This document shows, in pieces, positions 1 through 9,049 of a stretch of DNA of 64,000 nucleotides. How positions within the stretch are numbered: position 1 is the first letter of the stretch; the number at the start of each line of letters is the position of its first letter. The translations under genes were made by a program, and so were the position numbers. Source of the stretch: Nitrospirota bacterium. Its GTDB lineage: Bacteria > Nitrospirota > UBA9217. The DNA lies in assembly GCA_963818475.1 (NCBI GenBank), contig CAWFSF010000005.1:224001-288000 (forward strand), read 5' to 3'. The notes below the pieces were generated by a model, which saw only the letters and a program-made list of their open reading frames with translations, did no database searches and was not told the DNA's origin.

Positions 1-649
1 CAAGCACGACCACCTCGTACCCTGCCCGTTCAAGCACGGCAACGGCTGCAGTGCCGATGTCCGGCTGGAAGTGTTTGATGGCGCACCCCGGATAAAAAGC
101 GATCCTGCCTTTTGCCCCAGTACTCTTCTTGTTCTCTCTTCCCGCCCCTCGCTCCTCAATCCGCAATCCAAAATCCGCAATCCGAAATCGTTTTCCTCCC
201 TCCATACCCGCGTACCGCAGCACCACGGGCGCCAGCCAGGCCAGAGAGCGCATGATACGGTCATTCGTGAGCGCCGCTTCCACGAAGCGGCTGATGAGGC
301 CGCGGCCGGAAGCGCGCACGGCGTCCTCTTTCGCAGCCTGAATGATGGCGGTCACGGGCACGTTGCTGGGGCAGGCGGTTTCGCAGGCAAGACAGGACGT
401 GCAGGTCGCGAGGCGGTCCGTAAAGATCGCGGACAGGGGAAGCCGCTTGTCCAGCACGGCATGAATAAGCGCGATCCGACCCCGCGGTGAGAGCGACTCT
501 TCGCGGTCAGGCTGAAAGGAAGGACAGACCGCCCGGCAGACGCCGCAGCGCACGCAGCGGTTGATGTCGGCGCGATGACCCTCCAGAGATGATTTGTCGT
601 TTTTTCTCCGCCGCACTCTGAACTCCGCACTCCGAACCGCTGTGATCAC
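1..649 (-). CDS. (Fe-S)-binding oxidoreductase subunit, GlcF/HdrD-like; partial, runs off the window start
   Basis: Hand translation of the minus strand (absent from ORF track): GTG at 649 overlapping upstream TGA; CVRCGVCRAVCP, SPRGR, CTSCLACETACP, then FYPGC of a CCG domain. Confidence 0.85.
   Translation of the reverse strand, partial: MITAVRSAEFRVRRRKNDKSSLEGHRADINRCVRCGVCRAVCPSFQPDREESLSPRGRIALIHAVLDKRLPLSAIFTDRLATCTSCLACETACPSNVPVTAIIQAAKEDAVRASGRGLISRFVEAALTNDRIMRSLAWLAPVVLRYAGMEGGKRFRIADFGLRIEERGAGRENKKSTGAKGRIAFYPGCAIKHFQPDIGTAAVAVLERAGYEVVVL
157..190. repeat. Heptamer tandem repeat (MAATCCR x5) inside the Fe-S gene; related units at 612-637 and 20305-20323
   Basis: caatccg caatcca aaatccg caatccg aaatcg; translates in frame as RFRIADFGLRI. 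Confidence 0.8.
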
Positions 650-1275
650 GGCAGCACCGTCACAGCCGTGCCGAGCGCCACGACGCTGAAGATCTCGTCC
701 ACGTCGGCGTTTGCCAGCGCAATGCAGCCTTCGGTCCAGTTCATGACCTCGGGCGGGCCGGATGGAACGGGCACTGCGGTCCTCCCGTGGATGCCGATGG
801 CGCCGCCAAGCCGGGTGCTCCAGGTCGGCGGCTGCCGCTCGTCAATGGCCTTTTTGATCTGGTCGTATTCCGCCCGGGTGATAAGGCGCTCCTGAAGCCC
901 ATACCCGGCATGCTTGAGCCCGGGATAGCTGAGCCCCATGAACTTGTAGAAGCGTTTGCTGGAATTCATGGTGCAGATGTAAAAATCCCCTTCCGGCGTG
1001 CGCAGGTCCCCGGTCATCCGCTTATCGCCGTCGCCGTAGCCCCTGCCGAACACGGCCGGGTAGGTCTTCACCGGGGTCATGCCCTTGTACAGCGTCAGCG
1101 TGTACTGGGACTTCCAGATGACGAGCCGGGGCTCGCCGGGGAGCGCCGCGATCAGGGTGGCGAACGTCTCGGCCTTGCGGGCTGGCGTCCCGGGCAAAGG
1201 GGAGAGGCAGCTGAACAGCAGGAGCAGGACAACGAACCTGAGGAAAAAGAGGCTATGATCGATCAACCCTGCCAT
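646..1275 (-). CDS. L,D-transpeptidase (YkuD) family protein
   Basis: Signal-like N-terminus; GDLRTPEG, IGIHG and WTEGCIAL catalytic His/Cys motifs. Confidence 0.9.
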   Translation of the reverse strand: MAGLIDHSLFFLRFVVLLLLFSCLSPLPGTPARKAETFATLIAALPGEPRLVIWKSQYTLTLYKGMTPVKTYPAVFGRGYGDGDKRMTGDLRTPEGDFYICTMNSSKRFYKFMGLSYPGLKHAGYGLQERLITRAEYDQIKKAIDERQPPTWSTRLGGAIGIHGRTAVPVPSGPPEVMNWTEGCIALANADVDEIFSVVALGTAVTVLP

Positions 1276-1289
1276 TGGTCGTTCCGGAG

Positions 1290-1547
1290 TCAGGTGCCGG
1301 ACTGCGCTTCGTGCTTGTTCGCGCAGTCTTCGCTGCAGAAGTAGATCAGGTTGCCCTTGATACGGCGCGCTATGGCGCGGTCCTTGATCACGTAGGTGCG
1401 GCATTGCGGATCGAGCACCATCTCTGCGCCACGGACCTGCGCCTTGCGCTCCCCGTCATGGTACGCCCGGCCGGCCGCGCGGAGCACCGTTTTAATGGCG
1501 GAGTAGACCAGCATGGCCAGAAAAAAAATAAACAGGGCGCGTATCAT
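1290..1547 (-). CDS. Small membrane-anchored YHS/TRASH domain protein (85 aa)
   Basis: Hydrophobic N-terminus; MVLDPQC...YFCSEDC motif; own ATG overlapping the upstream stop. Confidence 0.8.
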   Translation of the reverse strand: MIRALFIFFLAMLVYSAIKTVLRAAGRAYHDGERKAQVRGAEMVLDPQCRTYVIKDRAIARRIKGNLIYFCSEDCANKHEAQSGT

Positions 1548-2135
1548 CGGGCATCCTTCCGTGCAATCTCGCCGAACTTCACGATGCAGTGTTTCATGTA
1601 TTCGGCCTCGACATGGTGGGGTGATATATGGAGCAGTTCCTGCCAGACGCGGATGGCGGCAGGGTAGTCCTTTTTGTCGTAGGCATACACGATCCCCATG
1701 TGGAACCGTCGCGTTCTGGTGCAAGGGATCATCGTCCACTGCCTTGCGGAACTCGCCAAGCGCCCGGTCAATCTGCCCGGCGCTCCGGAAGGCAATGCCC
1801 AGGTCCGCATGGAGATCTGCGTTGTGCGGATCGATCCGGAGCGCATGCTCATACAGCGTGATCGCTTTATTCCACTCGTTGCCGCCGGCGTAGGCATGGG
1901 CAAGCGCGATGAGACTGGCAAGATTGTTCGGATCTTCGGCAAGAATGGTTTTGTATTCTTCGATAAGTCCGTAATAGTACGGGAGTTGCTGCTCTGTCGT
2001 TGCCTCGTGCGCAGGGACGACAGCCGGCCGCACCTGCTCCCGGGGCCGGTCGCATCCCATGCCGAGGGCGATCACGAGGAGGAAAATGATTGTACTGTTC
2101 GTTGCCTGCATGGACCGCCTGTCTGCTCTGTTCAT
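1544..2135 (-). CDS. TPR-repeat protein, probable lipoprotein (frameshift near 1710)
   Basis: LGMGC lipobox-like; TPR motifs continue across ORFs 1290..2189 and 1544..1942. Confidence 0.8.
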
Positions 2136-2185
2136 GAGCGTGCCGTCAAAGGGGCCGGCGCTCTGCTCCGGGAAAACCGGGGAGA

Positions 2186-3747
2186 TCAATGCCGGAAGTG
2201 CCGCATCCCCGTCATGACCATGGCGAGGCCATGCTCGTTCGCGGCCTTGATCACCTCTTCATCCTTGAGCGACCCGCCGGGCTGGATCACCGCGGTGATG
2301 CCGGCCTTGGCCGCCTCGTCCAGTCCGTCGCGGAACGGGAAGAACGCATCCGACGCGAGCACGCTCCCCTTGAGCGGGGACTGGGCCTTCATCACGGCGA
2401 TGCGCACGGAATCAAGACGGCTCATCTGGCCCGCGCCGATGCCGAGGGTGCGGTCGCGCGTGGCAAAGATGATGGCGTTCGACTTGACGTGCTTGCATAC
2501 CTTCCAGGCGAAGGCCAGCGCCTCGTATTCTGTCGTCGGTGGGCTTGCGCTTCGTCGCCACCGTGAGCGTCCTGATGTCCGCGATCTTCCCGAGGTCGCG
2601 GTCCTGATAGATGAGGCCGCCCGTGATCTTCTTGAGGTCCATGCCCTCGGGCGTCCCGGTGATCATCGGGCCGATATCAAGAAGCCGCAGGTCCTTCTTC
2701 CGCTTGAGCTCATCGAGCGCATCAGGCGCGAACTCCGGCGCCACGACCACCTCGACGAAGGTCGCGGTGATCTCCTTTGCCGTTTCGAGGTCCACCAGGT
2801 GGTTGAAGGCGATGACGCCGCCGAATGCCGAGACCGGATCGCAGTCGCGCGCTTTGCGGTAGGCATCGGCCAGGGACGTCCCGGTTGCCGCGCCGCAGGG
2901 ATTGTTATGCTTTACGATCACCGCCGCGACCTGGCCATACTCTTTCACGAGCTCGAGCGCGCTGTTGGCGTCAAGAAAGTTGTTAAAGGACATCTCCTTG
3001 CCCTGGAGCTGCCGTGCGTTCGCCACGGAGGGTTCTTTGCGCCCGAATTCCCTGTAGAAGGCGCCCTGCTGGTGCGGGTTCTCGCCGTAGCGCAGGTTCT
3101 GCACCTTTTCGAACTGGAGCGTCAGGATGTTGGGGAAGCGCGTCTTTTCGTCGGCCGGCACCTGGTTGTCGAGCCAGGCCGAGATGGCGCTGTCATAGCG
3201 CGCCGTGTGCAGGAAAACGGTGCGGCAGAGCTCGAAACGGGTCTTTAAGGACACCTCGCCGGTCCGCTGCAGCTCGTCGAGCACCCGGCCGTAGTCGCGG
3301 GGCGAGACCACCACGGCCACGTCGGTATAGTTCTTGGCAGCCGAGCGCAGCATGGTCGGGCCGCCGATGTCGATGTTCTCGATGGCGTCCTCGAGGGTGC
3401 AGCCGGGCTTTGCCACGGTCTGCTCGAAGGGATAGAGGTTCACGACCACGAGGTCGATGGGCTCGATGCCATGCTCTTTCCACTGCTTCATGTGCTCGGG
3501 ATTGTTCCGCCGCCCCAGCAGCCCTCCATGCACCTTCGGATGCAGGGTCTTGACCCTGCCGTCCAGCATTTCGGGAAATCCCGTGAACTCCGACACGTCC
3601 TTGACCTTCACGCCGCCGTCCCGGAGCAGCTTGGCCGTTCCTCCGGTCGACAGGATCTCGATCCCGAGCTTTTCGATCCCTTTGGCAAAATCAAGGACAC
3701 CTTCTTTGTGAGAAACACTGATGAGCGCGCGCGTCGACTTTGCCCAC
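2186..3747 (-). CDS. purH: Bifunctional AICAR transformylase/IMP cyclohydrolase (frameshifts near 3735 and 2530)
   Basis: [50 protein letters not shown] end; AGGAGG RBS before GTG 3747. Confidence 0.97.
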
Positions 3748-3791
3748 GGGAACCCTCCTGTTAACCGGTTAAGATGGATGAAAGCAGGGGA

Positions 3792-3820
3792 ATAGTAACC
3801 GAAAATGCTCATGAAGTCAA
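3792..3820 (-). promoter_or_regulatory. Sigma70-like promoter for purH
   Basis: TTGACT-N17-TACTAT about 45 nt upstream of the start. Confidence 0.6.
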
Positions 3821-4043
3821 TGAACACCTGCAGCATTGATCATCATGCAGCCCGGCCCTTGATCAGGGCAAGCACCGGCTTCGCCGGACAGCCATGAATT
3901 TCGTTGTTGAATCCGGTTTTTTGTTATGGTATATTGAACAACACTTTTTTCCTTATTTTCCCGCAGGAAGGCGCATACCAACACACCAGGATGTACGCCG
4001 ACTGCCATCTCCGAGCAGTGCTTGAGAATGTACAGGGGGCAAC

Positions 4044-5145
4044 TTGATATCAGGATCAAAACTGAAACCACTCATTATTAAAGGTAAAAAAATACCCATT
4101 CCGAGTCATACAGGGAGGAATGGGCGTTGGCGTCTCGCTGTTCCCGCTGGCCAGTGCAGTTGCCCGGGAAGGCGGCGCCGGCCTTGTTTCGAGCGCCTGC
4201 CTGGACCGGCTGGTTTCAAAACGGACCGGCAAAAAGTTCAATGCCTACGAAGCCGCATACGAAGAAGTATCCCGCGCCAAGGAAGGCGGTTATGCCGGCA
4301 TCAACATCATGTGGGCACTGTTCCGGGATTACAACGACTCGGTAAAGGGCGCCCTCGATGCAGGGGCTGATGCGATCATCTCCGGAGCTGGCCTGCCGCT
4401 GAACCTCCCGGCGATCCAGCCGCCCAAGGACACCGCGCTCATTCCGATCGTATCCTCGGCCCGTGCGCTCGAGATCATCTGCAAAAAATGGGAAAAGCTG
4501 GGCTACCGGCCTGATGCCGTGGTGCTCGAAGGCCCCCTTGCCGGCGGACACCTCGGGTTCCGCATCGACGACGTGGAACTCGAAAGCAACAAGCTCGAGA
4601 ATTTGTTTCCGTCGGTCAAGGACATGGCGCTGAAATACGGCGACATTCCCGTCATCGTTGCCGGCGGCATCTATACCCACGAGGACATCGTCCGCTACCA
4701 GGCCATGGGAGCCGCAGGCGTCCAGATGGGAACGCGGTTCCTGGCCACCGAGGAAAGCAGCGCATCCGCAGCCTTCAAGCAGGCCGTGGTCGCTGCCAAA
4801 GACGAGGACATTGTCGTGGCGCACCGTCCCGGATCTCCCTGCGGCCTTCCCTTCCGCGTCATCAAACAGTCCCCCATGTATGTATCGGCGCTCAAGCGGC
4901 TCAGGAAACCAAAATGCGACAAGGGGTACGTGCTCCAACGGGACGCTGAAGGCAAATACACGGTCTGCGGCGCCAAGGAAAGCAATGAGAACTTTTTCTG
5001 CATCTGCAACGGACTTCTGAGCTCCGGAGGATATAATACGGACCAGGAAGAGGCGCTGTACACCGTAGGAACGAATGCGTCGCACGTTGACCGCATCCTT
5101 TCGGTCAAAGAGCTGATGCGGGAGCTTTCGGGCAAGGCTGAATAA
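4044..5145 (+). CDS. Nitronate monooxygenase/FabK-FabX family FMN enzyme (frameshift near 4103)
   Basis: KPLIIKGKKIPIP then IQGGMGVGVS in next frame; EGPLAGGHLG, AGGI, GVQMGTRF; C-terminal Cys cluster. Confidence 0.88.
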
Positions 5146-5408
5146 CCTGATCTGAACGATAAGCTTTGGTCCCCGGAATATCTCCTGGATATCATCGATG
5201 TTATTTGCCGTCTGTTTGAACAAGGACGTTCCTGCAGGCGGGGTTGAGATGGGGCGCTATTCCTGAGCACCTCCCGTCGCTTTCTCGGTATCAGGATAAA
5301 TTCCCTGTTGTATAATGATTTATTTCCTCCTGCTGGCCATAGCCGCCATCCACACTGAGTGAACCCGACGCCACCCTGAGAATGAGATAAAAACGAGGAA
5401 ACGCCCGC

Positions 5409-6944
5409 ATGAGCCAGCTCGACAAACTGATCGAACGACTGCAGCCCCAGCAAGAGATCCTTCTCGAAACAGGGAAAGAACCGATGATGCGCACGCGGCT
5501 CGGCACCAAAGCGATGCTCAACCAGGTGCTTTCTACGCCCCAGATCATTGCGCTCCTGACCGAGATCGCGCCTGCTGACCAAAAGCAGAACCTTACTCAA
5601 AAAAAAGCAACGAACTTCGCGTACCAGTATAACGCCAAGGCTCACACCATCATGTTCATGGCCCAGGGAGAACAGGTCCGGGCGGTGATCTCGCAGGCGG
5701 ACGGCGCCAAACCGGTTGTCGAGCCGGAGATCGAGCCCGAAAGCGATTCCGGGATCGAACCTGACTTTGAACCCGAGGTCATTACGGAGGAGCCTGAATT
5801 TCCTGCGTCCCCGGCCCCTGCGCCTAGAGCCAAACCAGCGGCCGGAGGTCCCGAACCGGAGATCAACGTCCTGCTCCGGAAGATGTTCGGCATGAACGCG
5901 TCGGACCTCCACATCACCTCGAACCACAAGCCCATGATCCGGTTGCACGGCGACATGATGGAGCTTGCCGACCAGCCGGCCATCAGCCCGGAGCGGATGA
6001 AGAAGCTGATCTACCCCATCATGCCGCCCCACAACGCGACCCAGTATGAGGACACCAACGATACGGACTTCGCTCACGAGATCCCGGGCCTGGCGCGCTT
6101 CCGCGTCAATGTGTTCAGGGACCGTTTCGGGCTCGGCGGCGTGTTCCGGCAGATCCCCATGGAGATCGTGACCGCCGAGAAGCTCGGCCTCTCCAAGGAA
6201 ATCCTCGACCTCTGCTTCCTGAGCAAAGGCCTCGTCCTGGTTACGGGCCCCACGGGATCGGGCAAATCGACGACGCTCTGCGCACTCGTGGACTTCATCA
6301 ACCGCAACCGCAAGGACCACATCATCACTATCGAGGACCCCATCGAGTTCGTGCATCCGAAGAAGAACTGCCTCATCAACCAGCGCGAGGTGCACGTCCA
6401 CACCAAGTCATTCAGCAACGCACTCCGGGCCGCGCTCCGCGAGGACCCCGACATCGTGCTCGTAGGAGAGATGCGCGACCTCGAGACCATCGGCATCGCC
6501 ATCGAGACGGCGGAAACGGGCCATCTGGTGTTCGGCACGCTCCATACCACCACCGCGGCGTCCACCGTGGACCGCATCATCGACCAGTTCCCTGCGGACC
6601 GGCAGTCTCAGATCAGGACCATGCTGGCCAGCTCGCTCAAGGGGGTCATCTCCCAGACGCTCTGCAAAACGGGCAAGGGCCGCATCGCGGCAATGGAAGT
6701 CCTGCTCGTGAACAGCGCCGTGTCAAACCTCATCCGCGAAGGCAAGATTTACCAGATCCCCTCGATCATGCAGACCGCTAAGGGGCAGGGCATGGTCATG
6801 CTGAACGATGCACTGTTCAAGCTCGTGGTCGACAAGCAGGTCGCCCCTGAGGAGGCCTATGTCAAAGCCATCGACAAGCAGGGCCTTCTGACCATGTTCA
6901 AGAGCAAGGCCATTTCAGTCAAGCTTTCGGGCATGGCGGAATAG
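5409..6944 (+). CDS. pilT: Type IV pilus retraction ATPase with N-terminal extension
   Basis: ASDLHI, GPTGSGKST Walker A, TIEDPIE, LREDPD, GEMRD, GHLVFGTLHT, NLIRE. Confidence 0.95.
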   Translation: MSQLDKLIERLQPQQEILLETGKEPMMRTRLGTKAMLNQVLSTPQIIALLTEIAPADQKQNLTQKKATNFAYQYNAKAHTIMFMAQGEQVRAVISQADGAKPVVEPEIEPESDSGIEPDFEPEVITEEPEFPASPAPAPRAKPAAGGPEPEINVLLRKMFGMNASDLHITSNHKPMIRLHGDMMELADQPAISPERMKKLIYPIMPPHNATQYEDTNDTDFAHEIPGLARFRVNVFRDRFGLGGVFRQIPMEIVTAEKLGLSKEILDLCFLSKGLVLVTGPTGSGKSTTLCALVDFINRNRKDHIITIEDPIEFVHPKKNCLINQREVHVHTKSFSNALRAALREDPDIVLVGEMRDLETIGIAIETAETGHLVFGTLHTTTAASTVDRIIDQFPADRQSQIRTMLASSLKGVISQTLCKTGKGRIAAMEVLLVNSAVSNLIREGKIYQIPSIMQTAKGQGMVMLNDALFKLVVDKQVAPEEAYVKAIDKQGLLTMFKSKAISVKLSGMAE

Positions 6945-6962
6945 CGGGCGGAGGATGCACTG

Positions 6963-7430
6963 ATGACGATGAAGCATGAGTTCGCGGTACCCAAGGACAA
7001 ACAGCCGGTGACGGTCCACCTCGTCGGCGGCGAGGCCAGGACCGGGAACATCTTTCTCGAATACTTTCCCGAGGCATTGACCCTGCACCAGAAGGTCAAG
7101 ATGTTCCTGGAGGACGCCAACCGGTTCTTTCCACTCACTGCCGAGGGCATGCCCCCCACGTTCATCAACAAGGAACGTGTCAGCATCCTGGAAGTGGCGA
7201 TCTCAGACGAGGAGCCGGCCTACCATCTCATGCATATCGAGGACATCACCACGCAGTTCACCGACGGCTCCGCACTGAGCGGCGAGCTCCTGGCGGAAGT
7301 GCCGAAGGAAAAAGCGCGGCTGTCTGACTGCCTCAACCTGCCAGAAGCATTCCTGAGCGTAAAAAGAGGAAAGACCATTTGCTACCTTAATAAAACCACC
7401 ATTCAGACGGTCGTCTACTCGAGGGGGTAA
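6963..7430 (+). CDS. Hypothetical protein with two similar small beta domains (DUF6812-like), in operon with pilT
   Basis: GGAGGA RBS; internal duplication FFPLT...FINK / FLSVK...YLNK. Confidence 0.7.
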   Translation: MTMKHEFAVPKDKQPVTVHLVGGEARTGNIFLEYFPEALTLHQKVKMFLEDANRFFPLTAEGMPPTFINKERVSILEVAISDEEPAYHLMHIEDITTQFTDGSALSGELLAEVPKEKARLSDCLNLPEAFLSVKRGKTICYLNKTTIQTVVYSRG

Positions 7431-7520
7431 TGCCCCGGTGATCCGGTTATCCGACGAACTGCCCTGCCCCCCGCCTCCCTCGTTTGATCCTGACCTGAAC
7501 AAGCCAGAACTAAACCTTGG

Positions 7521-7622
7521 AACCGCGAAGGCGCAAGGGTCGCGAAAGAAATCTTGGAGCTCCTGTATTAAAGCCAATACTTTTGTTCTTGACGTCCTCG
7601 CGTCCCTCGCGCCTCCGTGGTA
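7521..7622. repeat. REPIN/MITE-like inverted repeat, family B
   Basis: aaccgcgaaggcgcaagggtcgcga ... tcgcgtccctcgcgcctccgtggt flanking an AT-rich spacer between convergent genes. Confidence 0.65.
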
Positions 7623-7647
7623 ATTTTTTTTCCATTCTTGCAAAATT

Positions 7648-8796
7648 CTATTCACCGAATGCAGCAGTTCCTTGATCAGTCTTTCCGGAACCGCCGCGCC
7701 GCATGATCACGCGGGTCCCCTTCTCCACCTTGAACCGTTTGCCCTCGTCCCGCAGGTCGTCAAAAACAGCGATATCACCGCGCCGTAGTCCGGAATAGGC
7801 CTGATTCTGCGGGCTCGCGTCCTTATCAAGCCGGGTGATCAGCTTTCGTCCCGCGGCGCCGCAGACATAGTACTCGGCCTTTCCTTTTGAGACGAGCGGT
7901 TCGCTCACCACGCGAAAGGCTTCCACGCCATACACCTCGGAAAGCGAGATCCCGTCCAGCCGCAGCACCAGATAGGAGAATTTGAGCGCGTCTTTGCGCA
8001 AGCCGGTCAGTCTGTCGAGCGCGCGGACCAGGGGAGGCGCTTCCCAGGGGATATCTTCATGGCACCAGTCCTTCGGATTAAGGAGCGCGGGACAGGCTTC
8101 CGGTCTGAGGCAGGGAGCATAGACCGTGAACCCCTGTTCGTGGAGCGCGTCCCGGACCAGCAGCAGGTCGCGCGATGTCCCCTGCAGCGCAGGCTCGATA
8201 ATGATACAGCTGCCGTCCGATTTCAGGAAGGTTCTCAGCAGATGCGCCAGGAGTTCCGTGCGCCGGGAAAGTTTCGCTGCATCCTGTGAGTAAAGCTCAT
8301 TGAGGAGGTTTGACAGCATGATGATATCGTAACGGCCGTCCAGTCCGGCTCCGACCCTGTCGATCGTGGAATGAACTGTGGTGAACGTGGAGACGGCAGC
8401 ATATCCCTGCTGCAGGTTCGAAAAAAGCCGGGCCGCTTCCTTGAGGTTCTCGGCCACCTGGTCCTGGGCAAAGAACTCCAGGATGGGCCGATGGTCCTGC
8501 TGCGAGAAAAAATCGAGTGCGCCGAGCACAGCTGTTCCCGGCCCGGACCCCAGGTCGAGGATCCTGAGCCGCTCCTTCCGGAGCACCTCCCGGGGATGGA
8601 GCGAAAGCTCGGTCAGGGCAAGCCGGATTTTAGCGCGATTCGGCGGAAGAAAATACGTCTGGTAGGCCTTGCGCAGGGCGGCGTCGTTCAGATAGGCCGC
8701 CGGGAGCTCGCTGCGGTCTTTGGTGAGCAGCTTCGAGAGGCGCAGGATGTCAGTCGCAAGCGTCTGGAGGGCAGCCGGCGACATCTGCTCAGGCAT
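7648..8796 (-). CDS. Rsm22/METTL17-like SAM-dependent methyltransferase family protein
   Basis: AY..YFLP, ILDLGSGPGT, IIIEPA, APCLRPEACP...DWCH, KFSYLVL. Confidence 0.85.
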   Translation of the reverse strand: MPEQMSPAALQTLATDILRLSKLLTKDRSELPAAYLNDAALRKAYQTYFLPPNRAKIRLALTELSLHPREVLRKERLRILDLGSGPGTAVLGALDFFSQQDHRPILEFFAQDQVAENLKEAARLFSNLQQGYAAVSTFTTVHSTIDRVGAGLDGRYDIIMLSNLLNELYSQDAAKLSRRTELLAHLLRTFLKSDGSCIIIEPALQGTSRDLLLVRDALHEQGFTVYAPCLRPEACPALLNPKDWCHEDIPWEAPPLVRALDRLTGLRKDALKFSYLVLRLDGISLSEVYGVEAFRVVSEPLVSKGKAEYYVCGAAGRKLITRLDKDASPQNQAYSGLRRGDIAVFDDLRDEGKRFKVEKGTRVIMRRGGSGKTDQGTAAFGE

Positions 8797-8939
8797 GACG
8801 CCTGGACCCCGCGTTGGTTTGTGTGGATCCTTCACTCTGCACCCCCTCCCCGGCCTTATACCATGTTCCGGACACCATTGTAAACGCGAAACTCCCGTAT
8901 AGTCGGCATTGTTAAGCCCGGGTGCGCAAGATAAAAAAT

Positions 8940-8967
8940 TTGACAATAACGATTTTTCACGTAGAAT
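8940..8967 (+). promoter_or_regulatory. Sigma70-like promoter for the GGDEF/EAL gene
   Basis: TTGACA-N16-TAGAAT. Confidence 0.5.
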
Positions 8968-9049
8968 TACGGCAGCATTTCGTTGCAACTCTCATTTCAC
9001 GGCGTTTCGTTCAATCCCGCCGGAGCCAACACCTTTTCAGGGTAGTCTT

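Noticed and set aside
1290-2189. Apparent TPR-YHS fusion ORF
   Set aside because: Created by the frameshift near 1710; the YHS gene has its own ATG at 1547
3750-4040. ZTP riboswitch upstream of purH
   Set aside because: Promoter lies about 45 nt from the start and no consensus was seen
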